A DNA stretch of 64,000 nucleotides, taken from IMG/VR virus record IMGVR_UViG_3300015371_000006, positions 1-64,000 of that record; one strand, 5' to 3'. The notes beneath the pieces were generated by a model, which did no database searches, was not told where the DNA came from, and saw nothing but the letters and a program-made list of their open reading frames with translations. This stretch comes from a virus. The translations under genes were made by a program, and so were the position numbers. This document shows positions 55,601-63,000 of the stretch, in pieces (positions within the stretch are counted from its first letter, which is position 1; every line of letters starts with the position of its first letter).

Positions 55601-56632
55601 TCATGCAGCGAGCACCAGGTCCAGACCCTTCTGCTTGAGGTTCTGATCCTCGAAGCTCCGCTGCACCTGGTCGGTGCGCTTCGTGACCCGCCGGAAGTGG
55701 TCGGCGAATTCCGCGACCGCGTTCGCGGCCACCCACTTCGTGCCGGGGCTGTTCCCGGTCGTGTCGCCGTCCGGCGCGGTGCCGTTGAAGAGCGCGTTCA
55801 GCAGCTCGCGGTTGTCCTCGCGGTTGCGGATTGCGATCTTGCGGTCGGCGTCGCGCATCTCGGCCTCCTGCGCCTCGGTGAATCCGATCAGCGGCCGGAC
55901 CACCTTCTTGTCGAAGCGGTCGGGGCTCATCGCCTCGCGGGCGAGTTCGTCGCCGAGCTTCTTCATGGCGGCGTTCCAGTTGAGGGTGATGTCCATGACC
56001 TTGCGGGCCTCGCCCAGCTTCTCGGCCATGTCACCCGTGTGCCGGAACTTGTAGGTGCGGGGGCTGTTCTCCGACTTGGAGAGCGCCCATCCGAGGGTGT
56101 TCGCGCAGACGATCCGCACGTCGGTCGCGGCAGCAGTGACCGCCATCGAGCCGTCGTGCGAGTTGGCGCAGTAGACGTAGCGGGCGATCTCGTCGCCGCC
56201 GATCTCCACCAGCTCGGGGATCTTCGCCAGCACCCACACGCGGCGTCCGTTGCCGAGGCTGCCTGCCGTCTCGATCTCGATCTCGCCGCCGAGCAGCGCG
56301 TCGAGCCAGAGGAAGGCGTCGCGGTTCGGGACCACCTTGTAGTCGTTGCTGACGATCCCGAGGACTTCCGAGGTGTCCTCGCGGATGTTCGCCCGCCAGT
56401 TCGCAGCCTGCACGAGGTTGCTCTCCATCTGCGGGACGAAGATGCCGGGCATGCCCTCCTGCGGGGGGAGCGCGACGAACACGTCGCCCTGGTTGACGGC
56501 CCAGGTCAGCTCGGCCTTCTCCAGCGCCTCGTCGATGGACTTCGGATAGTCGTCGAGGACGACGCCGAGTCCGTGCCAGGGCATGCTGCGGACGCTGAAC
56601 ATGCTGTCCGCTTCCTTGATTCCGTGAGCCAT
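55601..56632 (-). CDS. DUF932 family protein
   Basis: MAHGI...PWHGLG, LGIVS..YKVVPNRDAF, ETAGSL..GRRVW, NSHDGS, RIVCANTL, RHT. Confidence 0.9.
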   Translation of the reverse strand: MAHGIKEADSMFSVRSMPWHGLGVVLDDYPKSIDEALEKAELTWAVNQGDVFVALPPQEGMPGIFVPQMESNLVQAANWRANIREDTSEVLGIVSNDYKVVPNRDAFLWLDALLGGEIEIETAGSLGNGRRVWVLAKIPELVEIGGDEIARYVYCANSHDGSMAVTAAATDVRIVCANTLGWALSKSENSPRTYKFRHTGDMAEKLGEARKVMDITLNWNAAMKKLGDELAREAMSPDRFDKKVVRPLIGFTEAQEAEMRDADRKIAIRNREDNRELLNALFNGTAPDGDTTGNSPGTKWVAANAVAEFADHFRRVTKRTDQVQRSFEDQNLKQKGLDLVLAA

Positions 56633-56683
56633 GTTGGCCTCCTTGGTCGGTTGACCGGACAGCCTACCAGCAATTTCTTACGG

Positions 56684-56851
56684 CTATTTATTACTGCGGC
56701 TCAGGGTGCCCGCCAGCCGGATCGGGCAGGCGCGCGCGTGTGAGGTCGTCTCGCGGTCGCAGATGCGGCAGTAGTCGCCGAGGCCGGGGTAGCGGCGGTG
56801 GCCGTTGATCCAGATCCAGTAGAACGCGTCGCTCAGCGTGGATCGCCCCAT
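56684..56851 (-). CDS. Small Cys/His-containing protein
   Basis: CRIC...H...C; GGAGGAGG RBS. Confidence 0.45.
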   Translation of the reverse strand: MGRSTLSDAFYWIWINGHRRYPGLGDYCRICDRETTSHARACPIRLAGTLSRSNK

Positions 56852-57264
56852 TGCGCCTCCTCCAGCTCGACCTCGCACTCGGGCACGCGCGCGTCGTTGA
56901 GGCCGCGCCGCCAGAACTCCAGCACGCGGATCGGCTCGCTGTTCATCGTCGGGCCGCTTGCGCAGCAGCCCGCGTTGGGCGGGTCGCCGTAGTGCAGCCC
57001 GTTGCCCTTGCGCAGCGCGTTCTCCATCTCGTTGGGGCTCCAGTGGAATCCCTTCGGCCCGAAGTTGCCGGGCGTGTTGCTGATCGCCACCTTGAAGTGC
57101 GTGTGGCAGTTCTGGCAGCGGATCTCCAGCAGCGCGATCTCGTTCGCGTAGATGTGCGCCCCCTCGTCGGGGCCGAACTCGCAGTAGCGGGGCACGCCGT
57201 CCTCGTCCCACCACTTCGGCCGCTCGTCGATGCGGTCGATGATGTCGCGGTAGTGGTGGTGCAT
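56833..57264 (-). CDS. Conserved phage hypothetical protein
   Basis: Start MHHHYRDI; PKWWDE.GVPRYC.F.P, I.CQ.C, LHYGDPPN..CC..G.TMNS. Confidence 0.65.
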   Translation of the reverse strand: MHHHYRDIIDRIDERPKWWDEDGVPRYCEFGPDEGAHIYANEIALLEIRCQNCHTHFKVAISNTPGNFGPKGFHWSPNEMENALRKGNGLHYGDPPNAGCCASGPTMNSEPIRVLEFWRRGLNDARVPECEVELEEAQWGDPR

Positions 57265-57449
57265 CAGGCCGGGTCGGGCTCGTCCGGCATCATTGCGCCG
57301 ATGTAGTCGAGGCCCAGCTTGATCGGCATGTCCGATCCCTCCCACCAGCCGATCCAGCGGCCGTCGGCGGCGATCCCGACGCGGATGAAGGTGTCGCCCT
57401 CGCCGTCGGTGAAGCGCTCCTCGGTGCAGGCTTCGCTCGGGCTAGTCAA
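57264..57449 (-). CDS. Hypothetical protein
   Basis: Overlapping start and stop codons with neighbours. Confidence 0.45.
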   Translation of the reverse strand: MTSPSEACTEERFTDGEGDTFIRVGIAADGRWIGWWEGSDMPIKLGLDYIGAMMPDEPDPA

Positions 57450-57723
57450 CGCGCCACCCGGCTTCCAGCATCTCGTCGAGCGTCGCGTATTCGGTCTGCT
57501 CCAGCTTGTCGATCCCGTCGTGGCTTGTGACGTGCTCGGCCAGGTCGTACCAGTTGACGTGGTGCACGCGCGTGAGCCCGCGCCCGAGGATCAGGCAGCC
57601 AAGCGTCGGCCGGTCGGCGCTGTCCAGCTGCGCGAAGTTCTTCATCGGCAGCACGCTGCCCATCGACCAGCTCGCCGGGTTGCGGATGATCTGACGGTCG
57701 CGTGTCGGGTCGGGAAGGCTCAC
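57442..57723 (-). CDS. Hypothetical protein
   Basis: GTG start; NPASW...VLPMK and YATLDEMLEAGWRVD. Confidence 0.55.
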   Translation of the reverse strand: MSLPDPTRDRQIIRNPASWSMGSVLPMKNFAQLDSADRPTLGCLILGRGLTRVHHVNWYDLAEHVTSHDGIDKLEQTEYATLDEMLEAGWRVD

Positions 57724-57920
57724 CCGACCGCCCTGTATTCGACCAGCTTCATCGACGTGCGCTTGTGCGAGGCCCCCGCCGGGCCGGTGCAGGCGTAGCT
57801 GGTGCGCGCGCCGCCGGGCTGCTTGCCGACCAGGCCGCATTCGGGGCAGACGGGCAGCTCGACGCTGCGCGCTGCCTCGGGGACCGGGGTGCCGTTCATG
57901 TGCTCGGTGAAGCGTTCCAT
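57720..57920 (-). CDS. Small zinc-binding protein
   Basis: CPECG...C.G....H. Confidence 0.45.
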   Translation of the reverse strand: MERFTEHMNGTPVPEAARSVELPVCPECGLVGKQPGGARTSYACTGPAGASHKRTSMKLVEYRAVG

Positions 57921-57931
57921 CGGCCGCGACC

Positions 57932-58213
57932 CTAGCGCGCCTGCTTGACGCCCTCGTCGGTGGCCCAATAGGCCACGCCGCTCAGCCCGTCCGGGCGCTG
58001 CACCTGGTCGATCAGGCCCTGGCGGTGCAGGCTGGTGAGGCTGGAGATGATCCGCTGCGCCGGGTTGAACACCCGGTGGCCCTTGCCGCGCCCGCCCTGC
58101 CCCCGTCCGCCGTGGACGGGGGTCATGCCGATGCCGTGGGCGATCTGCGCCGGGGTCTGCGCCTGCTCGCGGAGGCTGAGCCAGCGCAGGATGTCGAGCT
58201 GGCGCTCGGTCAC
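57932..58213 (-). CDS. Winged helix-turn-helix protein
   Basis: TERQLDILRWL, TPAQIA, LTSLHRQGLI, YWATDEG. Confidence 0.6.
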   Translation of the reverse strand: MTERQLDILRWLSLREQAQTPAQIAHGIGMTPVHGGRGQGGRGKGHRVFNPAQRIISSLTSLHRQGLIDQVQRPDGLSGVAYWATDEGVKQAR

Positions 58214-58416
58214 GCCCGCCTCGCTGCCGTGCGCAGGATCGCCGCGCGCTCGTCGTGCGTCTCGCGCTGCCAGCGCATCGCGTCGGCCATGCTCACCCGG
58301 CGGCAGGCCCCGCAGATGTCCTCGCCCTCGCGCGCGAAGCCGTTGCGCTCGCGCGGGATCGGCCGACCGCACTTCGTCCACAGGCTGTTGCCGGGGTAGT
58401 AGGCGTGCTCCTTCAC
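58210..58416 (-). CDS. Small Cys-containing protein
   Basis: H...TKCG...CGAC. Confidence 0.45.
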   Translation of the reverse strand: MKEHAYYPGNSLWTKCGRPIPRERNGFAREGEDICGACRRVSMADAMRWQRETHDERAAILRTAARRA

Positions 58417-58492
58417 TTGCGCGCCCCCTGCGGCCCGGCCAGAATTGCGAGGCCCGCAGCTTTGGTCGCCTGCAGGCCCCGCAGGTAGGCCC

Positions 58493-58696
58493 TTACGTAT
58501 GCCGCTTCGTGTGGCGCTTCTCTGCGACCTTCGTATGCCGCTTCGTGTGGCGCTTCGTGTGCCGCTTCGTGTGGCGCTTCTCCTGCGCGGAGGTCACCTT
58601 CGTGTGCCGCTTCGCCGTCGCGGTCGCCCCGAAGGACGCCCCCGTGAAGGCCAGGGCCAGGGTCGTTGCCGCCACGGCCAGACGCTTTCCGAACAT
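58493..58696 (-). CDS. Secreted cationic KRHT-repeat peptide
   Basis: GGGAGG RBS and promoter upstream; signal-peptide-like N-terminus; seven KRHT units. Confidence 0.55.
   Translation of the reverse strand: MFGKRLAVAATTLALAFTGASFGATATAKRHTKVTSAQEKRHTKRHTKRHTKRHTKVAEKRHTKRHT
58496..58579. repeat. 12-bp tandem repeat (AAGCG(G/C)CA(C/T)ACG on the minus strand)
   Basis: cttcgtgtgccg / cttcgtgtggcg / cttcgtatgccg units, with one further copy near 58600. Confidence 0.8.
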
Positions 58697-58777
58697 CGTT
58701 CCTCCCGGTTGCGGGGTCGGTTGTCCGGGCCACGCTACTCGGCGGCAGCCCCGCCGTCCAGCCCTTGTGTCGGGGCA

Positions 58778-59113
58778 TCAGACGCGCTCCCACTCTGCGG
58801 CGGCGATGGCGCGCTCGCACGCGGGGCACTCGGTGTCGACGTCGCCCGCGTACTCGCCATGCGTCGGGCAGCGCTGCATCTCGCCGCGAAGCTCGCCGTC
58901 CTCGTCGAGGCGCGCGCGCTCCCACTCGCGCTGCAGGTCGACGAGCGCCTGCGCGGTCGGGTAGTTGGTCGGGCTCGGGCCGGTGAGCCGGTCGCCCGCC
59001 CACTCCACGAAGTCGTCGGCGTGCTCGGCCGAGGCGAACAGCGGTCCGCCGATGGTCTGCCCGGTCGTCGTGTCGTAGAGCGCGAAGGCCAAGTTGTCGG
59101 TGGCGCGGATCAT
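58778..59113 (-). CDS. Hypothetical protein
   Basis: ALYDTTTG..GPLF; C-terminal C..H...CPAC. Confidence 0.55.
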   Translation of the reverse strand: MIRATDNLAFALYDTTTGQTIGGPLFASAEHADDFVEWAGDRLTGPSPTNYPTAQALVDLQREWERARLDEDGELRGEMQRCPTHGEYAGDVDTECPACERAIAAAEWERV

Positions 59114-59403
59114 GCTGCGACCTCCAGTTCGTCGGTGACGTATTCCTCGTCGTAATCGCCGGGGTAGCGGACCGGGCTCGCCAGCTCGGATTCGAACTCC
59201 GACTCCTCGGGGTCGCCGGGGAAGCGGACCGTGATCCGGGGGCAGATCAGGTAGACCCGCTCCGGGGCGTCGCGGTCGTCGATGTCCGGTTCGTGGATGG
59301 CGGTGATGATCCCGATCTCGGCCGGGTCGTCGGCGTAGGGCGCGGTGACCTTTCCGCCGACCTTCAGCTCGCGCTTGCCTGCGTCCGTCAGGGTGAATTC
59401 CAT
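59110..59403 (-). CDS. Acidic SH3-like hypothetical protein
   Basis: ELKVGGKV...GIITAI. Confidence 0.55.
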   Translation of the reverse strand: MEFTLTDAGKRELKVGGKVTAPYADDPAEIGIITAIHEPDIDDRDAPERVYLICPRITVRFPGDPEESEFESELASPVRYPGDYDEEYVTDELEVAA

Positions 59404-59639
59404 CAGCTCATCTCCAGCCGGAACTCGTCGCAGAAGGCGAAGCTGCCGCTTGCGCCGTCGGGGATCGCCATCGTCTGCAGGTCGCCGTCGGGCTTGCGGA
59501 CCGCGAGGCCGTTCTCCACGTTGGCGGTGAAGGTGACCTTCATGCGGCCGGGCATGCTCTGGCTCGCGCGCAGGCTCAGCTCGGCAAGTTTGGGCGTGCC
59601 GTCCTCGTTCGTGAGGAGGGCGAGGGGTCGTGTGCTCAT
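59403..59639 (-). CDS. Hypothetical protein
   Basis: Start MSTRPL with AAGGAG RBS and promoter cassette. Confidence 0.6.
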   Translation of the reverse strand: MSTRPLALLTNEDGTPKLAELSLRASQSMPGRMKVTFTANVENGLAVRKPDGDLQTMAIPDGASGSFAFCDEFRLEMS

Positions 59640-59659
59640 CTGTCGCTCCTTCGGTAGTG

Positions 59660-59690
59660 CCTTGGTCGGTGCTACCGACTGTAGCACACC
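59660..59690 (-). promoter_or_regulatory. Promoter/operator cassette TGTGCTACAGTCGGTAGCA-CCGACCAAGG
   Basis: Palindrome at 59671-59685; leader motif at 59660-59669. Confidence 0.72.
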
Positions 59691-59698
59691 GGGCGGCG

Positions 59699-60052
59699 CT
59701 AACGGAAGGCTGCGGGGGCCGTTGAGTGGAGCGCGGTGAGCAGCCGTTGGCGGGTCGCGCGCGGGGTGGCCCTGAAGGTGAGGCCCTCGCTGAGTTGCGC
59801 CCGTCGGTACGCCTTGCGGCACTTCGTCTTGCCGATGCCCGGCGTGTGGATGATCAGCGCGGCGATGCGCATCGTCGTCAGCCACTCCGGGTCTTCGTGG
59901 GGGTGTCGCCCAAGCAGCTCCTCCAGCGTGACCTCGCCGGACTTGAGTTGCCCCTTCAGCTTTGACCTTGAGGACCGATGCGCGTTCGCCTTGCGCAGCG
60001 CCCTCTCGCGCTGCTCCAGCTGGTGGCCGGTCCCTGCAACCGATATCGCCAT
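59699..60052 (-). CDS. mihF: Actinobacterial integration host factor homologue (mIHF/sIHF, H2TH fold)
   Basis: QRERALRKAN..R..RSKLKGQLKSG.VTL.ELL, MRI..L....PGIGK.K, TRQRLL. Confidence 0.82.
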   Translation of the reverse strand: MAISVAGTGHQLEQRERALRKANAHRSSRSKLKGQLKSGEVTLEELLGRHPHEDPEWLTTMRIAALIIHTPGIGKTKCRKAYRRAQLSEGLTFRATPRATRQRLLTALHSTAPAAFR

Positions 60053-60067
60053 GCGCGGCACGCTACC

Positions 60068-63000
60068 TCACGAGTCCAGCTCACGGACCCGGTTCACGCC
60101 GCTGACCAGGAACGCCTTGCCGGTCGCGGGCCGCCAGATCAGAACCAGGCCCCCTCCGGCGGCCTGCACGTAGATGTATTCGTTGCCGCCCTTGTCGCGG
60201 AAGCCCTGGCCCGGCATCAGATCCTTGACGTGGGGGTGCTTGTATTTCCCGCCGCTTCCCCATGCGGATTTGTAGCCCAGCAGATCGGTCATCGGGACGC
60301 CGCTGATGCTCCCGTGCTCGGCGAGGATCTTCGCCAGCAGCGCCTTCGCGTCGCCGCCCGTGTTCGTCTCGGCCTCCACGTCGGGGCTGCTCAGCTCGGT
60401 CGCAGCCTTCGGCTGCACGTCGTCGAGCTTGGTCTGGTCGCTGACCACCTGCAGCAGCCCGCTCTGCAGATCCTTGACGATCACCTGGTTGCCCTGGCTC
60501 GGGCCGGGCGGGGTCTTGAAGGCGACCACCTGGAAGGGATGCCCGCTCGCGTTCTCGAACTCGTACTCGGGTTCCATGTCGTAGAGGTAGCCCCCGGTGA
60601 ACGGCGTCGTCTCGGTTTCGGCCTCCGGGTCGGCGGCGGGCGGTTGCTCGGGGAGGTCCGCCAGCGGCGTGCCGGGGCTCACCTTGGTCATCCCGGCGGC
60701 GTCGGGGCCGGAAGGCCCCACGACCTTCTCGCCGTTCGCCAGCTCGGCCACGACGATCCACGGCTCGCCATCCGGGCCGGTGAAGGTTTCGCCGCCCTGC
60801 AGCTGGTCGATGTTCGTCGGCTCGGGGTCGGGCGGTGTCGGCGCGACGCTGATCTTCGCGGGCTTCAGCGCCCCGACCACTCCGGTGATCGTTGACTCGG
60901 TGCCGTTCTGCAGGCTGACCGCCTTCTCGTGGTCCGACTTCATGAACTTGTAGCCGCCGTATTCGTAGGTGCTGCCGATGGGCAGGTCGTCGACGGCGAG
61001 GCCTTCGGTGTTGTCGTAGGTCGGCGGGTCGTGGTCGGGGATCGTCTGCGTCGGCGTCGGCGTCTGTGGCGGCAGCGCCATGCCGCCGGGCGGGCCGGGC
61101 ACAAAGCCCTCTTCGAACTTCAGCGTCTCGCCGGGGTCGCCGCTACTCCCGAAGCTCTTCTTCAGCAGCGTCACCTCGACCTGTCCGTTGACCGGGCCGC
61201 CCTGCACCTCGTAGATCGAGCCGGAGGCCATCTTGATCTGCGTCCCTGCGGGCATCTCGCCCAGCGTGGCGGTGGTCGGCTGGAAGGCCGCTTCGGGGAA
61301 CGGCGCGGCCAGGCCCTCGGGCGGCTCCACGCTGATCGGCGTGCCCCCTCCCGCCGGGGTCGCCAGCGCCTTCACGTCCTTGGCGTAAACCATCTTCAGG
61401 CCGCCCGTGGTGTAGACGCCCTTGATCCCGGTGCCCGCCACCTGGTTGTCGGTGATCTTGACCGTCTGCCCGTCCGTCAGCTCCACGACGTCGCCGTTCG
61501 CCAGCGAGTTGAAGAGTTCCTCCTGGTCGGCGGTTGCGATTCCCGCCTCGGGCGCTGGCCAGGTGATGACGGTCGGGTTGTCGACCGTCGTGTCCATCGG
61601 CACGGTGCCCCCGGTCGCCACGTTCTCCAGGTCGACGAAGCCGTCGAAGTTGTTCGTCACCTTGTAGCGGACGTCCTGGTAGATGACGGTCTGCCCCACC
61701 GGGATGTCGGCGAGCTTCACCTGCGCGCCGGTGGCCCCCGGAGGTGCCGCAACAGCGCCCGGCTCGTCTACGTCGGTCATCTGCGGCCCCGGCTGCGTGA
61801 CCACCTTCTCCAGGCTGACCGTGTACTCCTTCTGGCCCTTCTGGATCAGCAGCGCGTCCTTGCCCGACGGCGTGGTCGCTGATCCGACCACGGTGCCGGT
61901 CCAGGTCTTGCCGTCGGCGCGCTTCATCTCGACCGTCTGCCCCAGCTCGTAGCCGTGGTGCTTGATCGGCTCAGCGGGTGCCATGTCCAGGCCCTGTCCC
62001 GGCGGCGGCGGGGCGTCCATCGTCTCCTCGGGCAGCTCGCGCACGCGCAGCTTTCCGCTCACGGTGAAGTTCGTCTGCCCGTCGGAGATGATCGGCTCGT
62101 CGCCCGCGACCTGCAGCTTGAACAGCTTTCCGGTCTTGTCGCGGAACACGGTCCCGGCGGGCAGGTTCTTGATCCGCTCGTGCTTGTAGGCCCCGCCCGG
62201 CCCGTGGGAGGACTTGTAGGGCACCAGCTGGTCGCCGATGTCGAACAGCGCGTCCTCGGCCTGCTCGGACTGGTTGAGGCTCGGCGACGTGGTTGCGGGC
62301 TTGAGCGCAGGGTGGCTTTCGCCGTAGGTGACGTTGTCGCTCGGGGCGGGCATCGTCGTCTTCTGCGGGTTCAGCGTCCCGTCCTCGCGGATCAGGTTGC
62401 CGGTGATCTGCTTCTCGCCCGACTCGCCGACCGACACGCCGGTCACCTGCCACACCTTGCCGTCGTGGATGAACGTGTCGAAGTTCTCCAGCTGCTCGGC
62501 TTGGACCGTGTCGCCCGGCTTCAGCTCGGAGTGCGGGGTCAGCGACTTCGGCGGCCCGGACTTCTTGACCTGGCTCTCGTTGGTCGGGCTCTCGTGGTCG
62601 TGCCCCACGCCACCGTCTGCCGACTCCAGGGACTTGACCTTCTTCTTCAGCAGCGCCTTGCCGGTCTCCCCGGTGTCCAGGTTCGTGAAGTAGACCCAGC
62701 TCTCGTCCTTGCTGTCCACGCGGTAGGGGCGGATGCGCGAGCCCCGGCCGCCGTGGAACAGGTCGCCGTCGGCGAGGTCGCCCATCTGCGTGGACTTGCC
62801 GATCTTCCACGCCTTCGGGTTGAACAGGCCCTGCAGCGCGTCGTTGTCAGGGTCGATCTGCACGACCTTCGCGCCGGGCTTGGCCTCCTTGATCGAGACG
62901 ATGCCGTTCTTCTTGACCGAGGTGACGACGTGCTTGGCCCCGTTGTAGGCCAGCGTCATCCCCTTCTCCGGCGGCTGCTTCAGCTTGAAGTAGCCCTCGA

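Noticed and set aside
58413-59003. 196-aa ORF reading the 12-bp repeat as APHEA
   Set aside because: It overlaps the 58778-59113 gene and lacks an RBS; the KRHT frame has a promoter, an RBS and a signal peptide.
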